Positions 20,683 to 29,208 of a stretch of DNA of 64,000 bases are shown here, piece by piece. Position numbers and translations under genes: made by a program. Origin of the DNA: Candidatus Buchananbacteria bacterium (lineage in GTDB: Bacteria > Patescibacteriota > Patescibacteriia > 2-01-FULL-39-33 > JBAYJR01); contig JBAYJR010000009.1 of assembly GCA_041665005.1 (NCBI GenBank), positions 203 to 64,202 on the forward strand. The letters run 5' to 3'. Each line of letters begins with the position of its first letter. Positions within the stretch are counted from its first letter, which is position 1. The notes under the pieces are model-generated. The model was not told the DNA's origin, searched no databases, and saw only the letters and a program-made list of their open reading frames with translations.

Positions 20683-21609
20683 ATGCTACGTTATTTTTTA
20701 ACTAATTTAATTTTATCCTCCATCGTTTTATTGCCAATCGGACCGGCTAACGAAAGTGCTCCTTCGGTTTTAAGGCTTAATCAACTACCTTTGTCGGCTC
20801 CGGCTTCAGTGGCGGTAGTACCAAAAAAAATTAAACCAGAAAATTTGGGAGTTAAATTGGCCTCGGCAAGTGCAGTAGTACTAGATCAGGGTAGTGGTCA
20901 ATTTTTATACCAAAAAAATTCTAATGAGCTTTTGCCATTAGCAAGTATTACTAAATTAATGACGGCAATGGTTTGGCTAGAGCAAAAAATAGATCCTAAT
21001 CAAGAATTAGAAATTTTAGCAACTGATGCTCGGGAGGGAGGAGTTGCTTATTTAGTCCCCGGCGAAAAGATTTTATTAAAAGATTTATTAGCGGCTAGTT
21101 TAATTGCTTCGGCTAATGATGCAACGGCCAGTTTAGTGCGCAGTACTGGTTTAACCGAAGTAGAGTTTGTTGCTAAGATGAATAATAAAGCTAAAGAATT
21201 AGGTTTAAGTCAAACTTATTTTACTGAACCAATTGGTTTAAATGATAAAACTGTTTCCACTGCTAGGGAGGTTAGTATTTTGGCTTTAGCGGCGTTTGGT
21301 CGGGCAGAAATAAAAAACTTGGTTAGTCGAGCCGAATATGAATTTAAGCCCAGTGGCAAGACCGCTCGTTGGTTAAAAAATACTAATTTGTTGCTGGGCG
21401 GATTTGAGGGTTGGCCTCAGGAACTAAGGGTAGTGGGTGGTAAAACCGGTCATTTATTAGAAGTTGGTTATAATGTGGTTTCGGCCATAGCTAATCAAAA
21501 AGGACAGCAGTTAATTATTGTAGTTTTAGGAGCCCAAACCGCGGAAGCTAGATTTCAAGAGAGTAAGGTTTTAGCTTATTGGACTTTTAATAATTATAAT
21601 TGGGATTAA
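20683..21609 (+). CDS. D-Ala-D-Ala carboxypeptidase (peptidase S11)
   Basis: SITK, SAN, KTG motifs; signal peptide. Confidence 0.93.
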   Translation: MLRYFLTNLILSSIVLLPIGPANESAPSVLRLNQLPLSAPASVAVVPKKIKPENLGVKLASASAVVLDQGSGQFLYQKNSNELLPLASITKLMTAMVWLEQKIDPNQELEILATDAREGGVAYLVPGEKILLKDLLAASLIASANDATASLVRSTGLTEVEFVAKMNNKAKELGLSQTYFTEPIGLNDKTVSTAREVSILALAAFGRAEIKNLVSRAEYEFKPSGKTARWLKNTNLLLGGFEGWPQELRVVGGKTGHLLEVGYNVVSAIANQKGQQLIIVVLGAQTAEARFQESKVLAYWTFNNYNWD

Positions 21610-21626
21610 TGATTAATTAACAATCA

Positions 21627-21655
21627 TTGACCATTAGACTAAAATAAACTATAAT
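21627..21655 (+). promoter_or_regulatory. sigma70 promoter upstream of tpiA
   Basis: TTGACC-17 bp-TATAAT. Confidence 0.7.
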
Positions 21656-21680
21656 AGTGTGGTAAAAATAAACCTATTTT

Positions 21681-22436
21681 ATGAAAAAATATTTTGTCGC
21701 GGCTAACTGGAAAATGAATTTATCGCAGGTTCAAACTATTAATTTGGCTCAACAGTTGGTAGCCCAAGTTAATAATGATCAGGTAGAAGTAATACTGTGC
21801 CCAACTTTTACGGCTCTAGCAGCAGTTAGTGAAATTTTAAGCCAATCAAGCCTTAGTTTGGGCTCGCAGGATGTTTTTTGGGAACAGCGCGGAGCGTTTA
21901 CGGGTGAAATTTCAGCTGAGCAGTTAAAAGAATTAGGAGTAACTTATACGATTGTTGGTCATTCTGAAAGGAGACAACATTTAACGGAAACGGATTTAAT
22001 GGTTCATCAAAAAGTTAAAGCGTCATTGGCACAAAATTTAAAACCAATTATTTGTGTGGGCGAAACTTTTGAACAAAGACAGGATAGTCAGCAGGATTAT
22101 GTTATTATTAAACAAGTTACTGCGGCTTTAGCGGGTTTAGAAATTAAACCCGAAGATCAAATTATTGTTGCTTATGAGCCGGTTTGGGTAATTGGCACTG
22201 GTCAAGCGGTTTTGCCAGAGCAAGCTAATCATATTGCAAAAGTGATTAGGCAAACCTTAGTTGATCTGTTTCCATTAGTGCAGGTGAAAAACAATTTTCG
22301 GATTATTTATGGTGGGAGTGTTGATCAAAATAATGCCGTTGGTTTTTTGGCCGAAGAGGTAATTACTGGTTTTTTGGTGGGTGGCGCTAGTTTGTCTGCT
22401 GAAAAATTTTTACCTTTAATTAATCAGCTAGTTTAA
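21681..22436 (+). CDS. tpiA: Triosephosphate isomerase
   Basis: ANWKMN, GHSERR, AYEPVW, YGGSV. Confidence 0.99.
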   Translation: MKKYFVAANWKMNLSQVQTINLAQQLVAQVNNDQVEVILCPTFTALAAVSEILSQSSLSLGSQDVFWEQRGAFTGEISAEQLKELGVTYTIVGHSERRQHLTETDLMVHQKVKASLAQNLKPIICVGETFEQRQDSQQDYVIIKQVTAALAGLEIKPEDQIIVAYEPVWVIGTGQAVLPEQANHIAKVIRQTLVDLFPLVQVKNNFRIIYGGSVDQNNAVGFLAEEVITGFLVGGASLSAEKFLPLINQLV

Positions 22437-22439
22437 AAT

Positions 22440-23318
22440 ATGTTGGTAAAATTGGCCAGAATTGTTAAGAGCGCACAAAAACACAATTATGCAGTGGCAG
22501 CTTTTAATGTGGCTGATATTGAAACAGTTAAAGGAGTAATTTTAGCGGCCGTCGCGCAAAAGTCTCCAGTGATTATTCAGGCTTCGGAAAGCACTATCAA
22601 TTATACGCAAGTGGAAACTATTGCAGATGTCGTTAAGGATTTGGCTAAAACTATTGGCAAAACAGTGCCGATTGCTTTGCATTTAGACCACGGCCACAGT
22701 TTGAATAATATTAAGGCGGTTTTACGCAATGGCTTTTCTTCGGTAATGCTAGACGCTTCGGCGGCTAATTATCAAAAAAATATTAATTTAACCAAAAAAG
22801 CCGTTCAGTTGGCGCATCATTGCGGTGCTTGGGCGCAAGGCGAATTAGGAACTCTGCAAGGCAGTGAAGATAAAATTACTACGGCGGTTATTAAATCGCA
22901 GATGACCGATCCAGCGTTAGTTAGGGAGTTTGTTGGCCAAACCGGGGTTGATGTTCTGGCGGTTTCTATTGGCAATATCCATGGTTTAATTAAAATGACC
23001 AAGCTTAAAGCTAAATTAGATTTAAAACGGTTAAAAGAAATTAATCAGCAGTTGCCGGGCGTGCCTTTAGTGCTACACGGGGCCTCCGGTTTACCGGCCG
23101 GTCAATTAATTAAAGCGTTCAAATTGGGGGTTAAAATTATTAATATTGATACGGAAATTCGTCTGGCTTTTACTAAAGCCTTGGATCAAAGTCGCAAGAC
23201 TCAGGCTCAAGAATATGATTTACGTAAATATTTTGCCCCAGCTATTTTGGCTGTGCAAAAAGTTTGTGAAAATAAAATTAAACTATTAGGTAGCGCCAAT
23301 AAAGCTAAATTTATATGA
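22440..23318 (+). CDS. fba: Class II fructose-bisphosphate aldolase
   Basis: LHLDHG, GNIHG, LVLHGASG, NIDTE. Confidence 0.95.
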   Translation: MLVKLARIVKSAQKHNYAVAAFNVADIETVKGVILAAVAQKSPVIIQASESTINYTQVETIADVVKDLAKTIGKTVPIALHLDHGHSLNNIKAVLRNGFSSVMLDASAANYQKNINLTKKAVQLAHHCGAWAQGELGTLQGSEDKITTAVIKSQMTDPALVREFVGQTGVDVLAVSIGNIHGLIKMTKLKAKLDLKRLKEINQQLPGVPLVLHGASGLPAGQLIKAFKLGVKIINIDTEIRLAFTKALDQSRKTQAQEYDLRKYFAPAILAVQKVCENKIKLLGSANKAKFI

Positions 23319-24199
23319 TGTATAATATTATTCCGTTAGTGATTATTGTGGTTTGTTTGGCGGTTATTATTTATTTAGTGGTCAAAAAATTTCCGGCCCT
23401 GGCTTCAATTGATTTACAAAGTATTCCTGAAGAAAAAGCTAAACAGGTTAAGGATCGGATTATTCAGCAAAAGTTTGAAAAAAATTGGCAGCGCACGGCC
23501 GAATTTTTCGTTAAAATCGTTATTCCAATTTTAGGTCGGATTAAACTAATTTCGGCTGAAATTTCTCGGCAGGTCTTGGGTTGGGAAAAACGTTATCAAA
23601 AAAGACACGCGATTACCGTTAAGCATATTACTTCTAGTCATAATAAGATTAAAGATAATTTAAATTTGGTAAAAAAAGCTTTAGAGGAAAAAAACTATTT
23701 AGAAGCGGAAAAGTTGTTTATTGAAATTATAAAATTAGATCATAAAAATATTGAGGCTTACTATGGTTTAGGTGAACTTTATTTAGCACAAGAAGATTAT
23801 CGGCAAGCTAAAGAAACTTTTGAGTACTTAAAACAACTGCAGCCTAATAGTGTGAGTGTTTTAAAAAATTTAGGTTTGGTGGCGCAAAAAAGTGGAGACT
23901 TGTCGGCAGCTGAAAGTTGTTATTTAAAAGCGGTTAGTTTGGATAAAGATAATGTGGAATTGTATCTACTTTTAGCTGAAATTTATCAGGCGGTTGGTGA
24001 CAATATGATGGCATTGCAAAATATACTAGAAGCCAGCAAATTGGAAGTTGATAACGCCAAGATTGTTGACAAATTGATAGAAATCAGTATAATAGTGAAA
24101 GACCAAGCCGCTGCTAAGCAGTATTTAGAGAAGATGAGGTCAATTAATCCAGAAAATCAGAAGATTGTTGATTGGGAAGAACAAATTAGGGAGATGTAA
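23315..24199 (+). CDS. Membrane-anchored TPR protein
   Basis: N-terminal TM helix, TPR-like repeats (AYYGLGELY, LKNLGLV). Confidence 0.85.
   Translation: MMYNIIPLVIIVVCLAVIIYLVVKKFPALASIDLQSIPEEKAKQVKDRIIQQKFEKNWQRTAEFFVKIVIPILGRIKLISAEISRQVLGWEKRYQKRHAITVKHITSSHNKIKDNLNLVKKALEEKNYLEAEKLFIEIIKLDHKNIEAYYGLGELYLAQEDYRQAKETFEYLKQLQPNSVSVLKNLGLVAQKSGDLSAAESCYLKAVSLDKDNVELYLLLAEIYQAVGDNMMALQNILEASKLEVDNAKIVDKLIEISIIVKDQAAAKQYLEKMRSINPENQKIVDWEEQIREM
24066..24093 (+). promoter_or_regulatory. Promoter for tRNA cluster embedded in TPR gene
   Basis: TTGACA-16 bp-TATAAT about 110 bp upstream of tRNA-Thr. Confidence 0.6.
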
Positions 24200-24205
24200 A
24201 AATAG

Positions 24206-24278
24206 GCCGTTGTAGCTCAGTTGGTAGAGCAACTCCATGGTAAGGAGTAGGTCGTCGGTTCAAATCCGACCAACGGCT
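24206..24278 (+). tRNA. tRNA-Thr(GGT)
   Basis: Cloverleaf GCCGTTG..CAACGGC; anticodon arm ACTCC-AT-GGT-AA-GGAGT; no encoded CCA. Confidence 0.96.
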
Positions 24279-24380
24279 CAGGATTGTTAGTCAGTGCTAG
24301 AGCAGATTGTTCCGTTCAAGCGGGACTAATGGCTTTGGGCTAGAAAAGCAGTTTTTTGTATTAAGCGGGTATAAATTCTA

Positions 24381-24464
24381 GGGTGGGTAACAAAGCGGTC
24401 AAATGTGGCAGACTGTAAATCTGCTGGCCTTGTGCCTTCGTTGGTTCGAATCCAGCCCCACCCA
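24381..24464 (+). tRNA. tRNA-Tyr(GTA)
   Basis: GGGTGGG..CCCACCC; GCAGA-CT-GTA-AA-TCTGC; long variable arm. Confidence 0.96.
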
Positions 24465-24511
24465 CGTTTAGCCAGAAGTAATTTTAAGGGCCAAAACTTG
24501 GTTAAGCAATA

Positions 24512-24584
24512 GCCGTCTTAGCTCAGTTGGTAGAGCAACGGTTTTGTAAACCGTAGGTCCTCGGTTCGAGCCCGAGAGACGGCT
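24512..24584 (+). tRNA. tRNA-Thr(TGT)
   Basis: GCCGTCT..AGACGGC; ACGGT-TT-TGT-AA-ACCGT. Confidence 0.96.
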
Positions 24585-24613
24585 CAAATTTTATTAAAAT
24601 TAAATTTATTATT

Positions 24614-24769
24614 ATGTCACAAGAAAATCTAATTAAGTTAGAATGCACGGTTTGTAAGAATGTAAATTATCATTCCAACAAAAATAAGAAGAAAATAAAA
24701 ACCAGGCTAGAGACTTCTAAATTTTGTAAAAACTGTAAAAAGCATACTCCGCACAAAGAAACCAAATAA
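24614..24769 (+). CDS. rpmG: 50S ribosomal protein L33 (zinc-binding), not in ORF track
   Basis: [51 protein letters not shown]. Confidence 0.97.
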   Translation: MSQENLIKLECTVCKNVNYHSNKNKKKIKTRLETSKFCKNCKKHTPHKETK

Positions 24770-24810
24770 CCAAATTCGGCTTACGGCTCAGCCGTAGGCC
24801 GTTTAGCTAT

Positions 24811-24881
24811 GGGGGGTTCGTATAGTGGTAGTACAATGGTCTCCAAAACCATTAGCGTGGGTTCGATTCCTACACCCCCTG
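24811..24881 (+). tRNA. tRNA-Trp(CCA); integration target
   Basis: GGGGGGT..ACCCCCT; ATGGT-CT-CCA-AA-ACCAT; GTTCGATTC T-arm. Confidence 0.96.
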
Positions 24882-26339
24882 CATTTGTAAAATACTCAAT
24901 TTTTTAGGGCTATCAGCCAGTAGCTGATAGGGGTTTTTGTATTTAACCTCAGCCAAATTTTTGTTTTCTAACTTCAGGTTCCAAAGTAAAATTTTTATTA
25001 ACCAACCCTTTTGATAATCATTCCCGGTAAGAAATTCTTTTTTGGCTTTGTTAGCAGTTAAAAAGACTTCTTTTATGCGTTCCAAAGTGCTAACCCCCAC
25101 CTTGCCCGCCTCTTGGTCAAGGCTTTTTAGTTGTGCCTCAGTGGCAACCTGTTCGTTGTTTAAGGCCTGTAATTTTTGTTTATAGACCTCTTCGGGTATT
25201 AATTCGGCCAAGTAGCTATCTAACAACTTGTCTTGCTTCTGACGGACTAAATTAAGCTGAGAAACAATTACCACTTTGGATGATTCGAGATATTGTTGGT
25301 CACCTTGTGTTTTTTGTTTGGCTGCTTGGTAGGCGATATCGATTAATTCTTCATCAAAGCGTAAACGAGCAAAAACTTTAGCCACTAATTTATCGGCCTG
25401 CTCTGAGCGCAAATATTGTTTATGCTGCTCACAATGACCTTTGCCGTTAGTGCAGTAATAGTAAGTATGTCCTTTTTTGAGAGTAGCGGTGAGCAGGCAG
25501 CCGCAGATGTTGCAAGTCATTTTTCCTCTAAGAAGAAAAGGGTGTTTTTGTTTTTTACTTCTGTTGCCGGTCAATACCTCTTGGCAGGTATCGAAAACTT
25601 CTTTGGAAATTAAAGGTTGATAACTACCCCTATAATATTTGCCGTCTCGCTCCATAATGCCGGTATAAAAAGGGCTTTTAACAATGCGATAAATTATACT
25701 ACGATAAAGTCTTTTGCCGGAATGAGAACGCAAGCCCTGCTCATAAATCAGGTCAGAAATGTCTTTTAGGCTATAACTGCCAGTAGCAAATAACTCAAAA
25801 ATCTTTTTAATTAATGGTGCGCGGTCTCGGTCAATAATAACTGTGTGATTAGTCTTGTCATTTAAGTAGCCCAGCGGAGCCACGCCCGGCCACTGACCTT
25901 TTTCTAATTTAGCCCGATTACCCCTTTTGACGTTTGCGCTTAGGTCATCAATGTATTTTTTAGCCATGCCAAAATTCAAACTCATCATGAACTGGTCATC
26001 AGAGATGTTTTTAAAAGTTTTTTCGGGAGTAATTATTTCAGAAATCAAACCCCTGTCCATAAACCAAGATAATTTTCCGCCGTCAAAAGCATTGCGCGCC
26101 AAACGGTCTAATTTCCAAACCAACAAAGTGCAATTTTTATTTTTTTCAAGATACTCCAACATTTCTTCAAACACCGGCCGGCCAGGGGACTTAGCCGACA
26201 TACTTTCTTTATAAATTTTACCAACCACAATACCAATTTTGTTGGCCAAATTCATTAGCTCATTCAATTGTGAATTAATAGAGAGAACTTGTCTCTCTTC
26301 TGATTCTGATGATTTACGGCAATAGATTATATATTTCAT
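24870..26339 (-). CDS. Large serine recombinase (resolvase + recombinase + Zn ribbon + coiled coil)
   Basis: YCRKSS catalytic motif, WKLDRLARN, APLGY, CNICG..YYYC; stop codon lies inside tRNA-Trp antisense. Confidence 0.96.
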   Translation of the reverse strand: MKYIIYCRKSSESEERQVLSINSQLNELMNLANKIGIVVGKIYKESMSAKSPGRPVFEEMLEYLEKNKNCTLLVWKLDRLARNAFDGGKLSWFMDRGLISEIITPEKTFKNISDDQFMMSLNFGMAKKYIDDLSANVKRGNRAKLEKGQWPGVAPLGYLNDKTNHTVIIDRDRAPLIKKIFELFATGSYSLKDISDLIYEQGLRSHSGKRLYRSIIYRIVKSPFYTGIMERDGKYYRGSYQPLISKEVFDTCQEVLTGNRSKKQKHPFLLRGKMTCNICGCLLTATLKKGHTYYYCTNGKGHCEQHKQYLRSEQADKLVAKVFARLRFDEELIDIAYQAAKQKTQGDQQYLESSKVVIVSQLNLVRQKQDKLLDSYLAELIPEEVYKQKLQALNNEQVATEAQLKSLDQEAGKVGVSTLERIKEVFLTANKAKKEFLTGNDYQKGWLIKILLWNLKLENKNLAEVKYKNPYQLLADSPKKLSILQMQGV

Positions 26340-26366
26340 AAGTTTAAAGAGGTTATAATCAAAATT

Positions 26367-27251
26367 CTACACATATTTATTAATTAAAGCAAGAACTTCT
26401 TTTTCTAATTCAGGGAAATCAAACAAATTATAACGGCTGTAATTCATACTGATTAACCTCTCAATTGCGATATCATCTTTTTTATATTCTAAGGTTTCAG
26501 GAATCATTTTAGAAAAAACCATCTCTACGATTTCTTCAATATAGATATCCCTGGGTTTTATTAGACCATCGCTGACAAAATAACTTTTTTGACCTTTTTG
26601 GCGATAGGTATTAGCAAAATTTTTAGTCATATACTTCAACAGGTAACCAATTATTTTATTAAGGCCATTTTTATTTTTAATTACTTTTACCGTTTCTATC
26701 CAAAAATAACCCTTACCCCAAACATTATTTATCCGGTCATAAATTCTTTCCATGTAAGGCAAATTAAAGAAAAGGGCATGATAATGAATTTTACCACTTA
26801 TCGGCATTAATTCATGGACGACTAGATATCTTAAGAAAGTTTTTTTACTTTCGATTCTCGTCTTTTGGCCTTCCTTTCGATTAATTTCATAATTCAGAAT
26901 TTGGATAAATCTAGTAAAATCCGGATTGGCTTGTTTGAGAGTAGTAACTCCTTCGGAAAAGGTTAAGGTGAAATAAATTGGTGGGTAAGGATTGCCATAA
27001 TATTTGAACCAACGCCAAGAATTAGCGCAAATTAAGCGTCTTGCCGTTCTTCTGGCCCGTTGAGCAGATTTGGTTCTGCTTTCTTCCTCAGAAACTTTTT
27101 CCTTAGTTTCATTTTCTTCGTCATCTTCGTTATTACGTCTTTTTATTCTAACTCCTAACCACAAACTTCTGAGAAAACTATAAAATTCAAAAACACTTCC
27201 CGAAATCACGAGTTTGTGTTTTGTAGTGTAAAATGGCTGTAATTCGTACAT
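26367..27251 (-). CDS. Rolling-circle replication initiator (HUH endonuclease)
   Basis: Motif I FTLTF, motif II HYHALFF, motif III YLLKYMTK. Confidence 0.85.
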   Translation of the reverse strand: MYELQPFYTTKHKLVISGSVFEFYSFLRSLWLGVRIKRRNNEDDEENETKEKVSEEESRTKSAQRARRTARRLICANSWRWFKYYGNPYPPIYFTLTFSEGVTTLKQANPDFTRFIQILNYEINRKEGQKTRIESKKTFLRYLVVHELMPISGKIHYHALFFNLPYMERIYDRINNVWGKGYFWIETVKVIKNKNGLNKIIGYLLKYMTKNFANTYRQKGQKSYFVSDGLIKPRDIYIEEIVEMVFSKMIPETLEYKKDDIAIERLISMNYSRYNLFDFPELEKEVLALINKYV

Positions 27252-27268
27252 ACAAGGAGAAATATGTC

Positions 27269-27338
27269 TGATTAAGTGATGTCTTAATCAAGTGTAACCA
27301 CGAAGAAATAAAAACATTTTTCAAATGTTTTTATTTCT
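27269..27338. repeat. Two inverted repeats upstream of rep, candidate double-strand origin
   Basis: TGATTAAG-6-CTTAATCA (27269-27290) and perfect 16-bp IR AGAAATAAAAACATTT-TTC-AAATGTTTTTATTTCT (27304-27338). Confidence 0.6.
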
Positions 27339-27474
27339 CTTCTTGGCTTAAACATAAATATAAATCAGCCAAAGAATCTAAATACTCATCAGCTTGCCCA
27401 GACGTCAAAATCACTCCGTTCCTTTGCCGGAAGTATTTAATAATCCTATCTTTAAGTTCTTGGCTGTATTGCAT
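27331..27474 (-). CDS. 47-aa protein upstream of rep/recombinase (not in ORF track)
   Basis: MQYSQELKDRIIKYFRQRNGVILTSGQADEYLDSLADLYLCLSQEEK; co-oriented with rep and recombinase. Confidence 0.65.
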   Translation of the reverse strand: MQYSQELKDRIIKYFRQRNGVILTSGQADEYLDSLADLYLCLSQEEK

Positions 27475-27577
27475 ATGTAATTTCAACATAGCATACAGCG
27501 AAATAGGCAAAGACTTGCTAAAAACTAAAAAACGTGTAAGATAAGAGAAGAAATCAATTTTAACCCTCGGTAATTAT

Positions 27578-28516
27578 ATGTCCATGAATAACGAAAAAGA
27601 TATAATAAGCCCAACATTCTTTGAAGGCTTGTTGGCTTATAAAAAATCAGGCCATTCTTTGACTTATATAAACGGCTACTATTCCTGCGCTTTAAGACAA
27701 AAGGGAAAATGTAAAGACAATAGGGAACAGAGTTTTAAAGCTAAAGAATTGGATTTAAAGTTTGCCAATCTTTTAGATAAATGGCAGATAGATGAAAAAA
27801 CGATGGAGAATGAAATATTACCGGAGATTAGAAAAGTTTCTAATAAGGTAAAAGAAGAAGGACTTAAGGTTATTAGAAAGAAACAAGAAAATATGCAGAT
27901 AACAATTGATGCAATGAAGAAAGATATAAAGAATAAGAAAAAAATCAGTAGTCATGATCTTGCCTATATTAAAACTTTATTTATGGACATGATGCGCAGC
28001 TATTTTCCTTGTTGCCTAATGGCTCATGCTGGCGTTGGATTGATTAGTCTGCATGATAAAGATAAAAGTGGATTTACCACCATGTTTAAAAGAGTTTACA
28101 TATCTGATACAGGAAGGTTTGAATATATAGAACTCGAAGGGCTAGGTGAAGCGGTATTAAATTTTTTAGAAACAAAAATGCCGGGTTTTACAAAAAGACT
28201 CGGCATTCCAGTAAGAGGATTTGGTCTGAAGAATACAAATTTATCAGAAGCAATGATTTTTTTTAAAGACAATAATTTTCGCAATGGTTTAAGCTACTCT
28301 ATCTATAGGTCTAAACACTCCGAGGACAGATATTTTGAGTTAATATTTCGTCTTTCTAAAAACGGAAATCCAAAGCAAATAATACTTTTGTGCGAACAAT
28401 TATTGTATTTTCATTGGCAGCGCGCTGGCGCCTATTTTCGCAACTTCGTTTTAGTAACTGATAATAACTTTGACAGAATAAAGGTTGGTAAGAATAAAAA
28501 GATCAGTATTAAATAG
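27578..28516 (+). CDS. Protein resembling the Zn-ribbon/coiled-coil half of a serine recombinase, lacking the catalytic domain
   Basis: FFEGLL..SGHSLT..YYSC..KGKC..FKAKELD..FANLL..QIDEK aligns by eye with recombinase FLLRGKM..CGCLLT..YYYC..KGHC..LRSEQAD..VAKVF..RFDEE. Confidence 0.6.
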   Translation: MSMNNEKDIISPTFFEGLLAYKKSGHSLTYINGYYSCALRQKGKCKDNREQSFKAKELDLKFANLLDKWQIDEKTMENEILPEIRKVSNKVKEEGLKVIRKKQENMQITIDAMKKDIKNKKKISSHDLAYIKTLFMDMMRSYFPCCLMAHAGVGLISLHDKDKSGFTTMFKRVYISDTGRFEYIELEGLGEAVLNFLETKMPGFTKRLGIPVRGFGLKNTNLSEAMIFFKDNNFRNGLSYSIYRSKHSEDRYFELIFRLSKNGNPKQIILLCEQLLYFHWQRAGAYFRNFVLVTDNNFDRIKVGKNKKISIK

Positions 28517-28580
28517 TTTATCTTTATTTTAATTAAGTATGCCCTCAGAAGTTAGAGAGACAGGCAGTTTCTTTAAGATG

Positions 28581-28609
28581 TTTACAATTTTCCAGGTTTT
28601 TGCTATACT
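28581..28609 (+). promoter_or_regulatory. Promoter of hicBA
   Basis: TTTACA-17 bp-TATACT with TG extended -10. Confidence 0.6.
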
Positions 28610-28634
28610 ATTTTACATAAAATAAGGCACTAAT

Positions 28635-28961
28635 ATGTATTTAATTAAACGAGCAAAAGATCAGTTAATTAAGCTACTTTTAGGGAATAAAGCAGTACCA
28701 AGGGGCCTCTTTGATTTGGGTCACTATTTCAGCATATATGGGCCTATTACATTTAAGGAAGATAATGTAAGTGGCAAGATTATAGCCATGAGTACTAATT
28801 TCAAATATGGCTCAATAGTTACTTCAGGAAAAGATAAAACAGAATTGGATAAGAACATTAAAGATGCTATATTGACTTCTTTTGAAGTTCCCTCCTCCTA
28901 TGCAAAAGAAGCAAGACTGCGAAAAGTAGCAGGGGAGCAGATGGAGTATGCCCTCGCTTAG
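28635..28961 (+). CDS. HicB-like antitoxin
   Basis: IVTSGKDKTELDKNIKDAI motif; overlaps downstream HicA. Confidence 0.75.
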   Translation: MYLIKRAKDQLIKLLLGNKAVPRGLFDLGHYFSIYGPITFKEDNVSGKIIAMSTNFKYGSIVTSGKDKTELDKNIKDAILTSFEVPSSYAKEARLRKVAGEQMEYALA

Positions 28962-29193
28962 TCAATTACCAGGCAATACGAGAAGAGCAGAATTAATCAA
29001 GGCGCTCCGGCGTCTTGGTTTTATTATCAATAAAGCTGGCGGTAACGGCAGCCACTATAAAGTTACGTGGCCCAGAACTCAGAAGTCAGTCACCATACAG
29101 TCTGATTTAAGAAAAGACGTGTTAAGCTATGTCTTAAAGGAAATAGAGGCATATAGTGGCATTACTTGGGAGGATATAAAAAAAGAACTATAG
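28948..29193 (+). CDS. HicA family toxin (mRNA interferase)
   Basis: ELIKALRRLGF..GNGSHYK..VTI. Confidence 0.85.
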   Translation: MPSLSQLPGNTRRAELIKALRRLGFIINKAGGNGSHYKVTWPRTQKSVTIQSDLRKDVLSYVLKEIEAYSGITWEDIKKEL

Positions 29194-29208
29194 AAATAAG
29201 ACAAATTT

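Noticed and set aside
2258-23002. Numerous short antisense or alternative-frame ORFs inside ribosomal and housekeeping genes
   Set aside because: They lie within highly conserved genes and are explained by codon bias.
24870-24872. TAG readthrough or recoding of the recombinase through the tRNA antisense
   Set aside because: TAG and TGA act as normal stops elsewhere in the window; there is no evidence of recoding.
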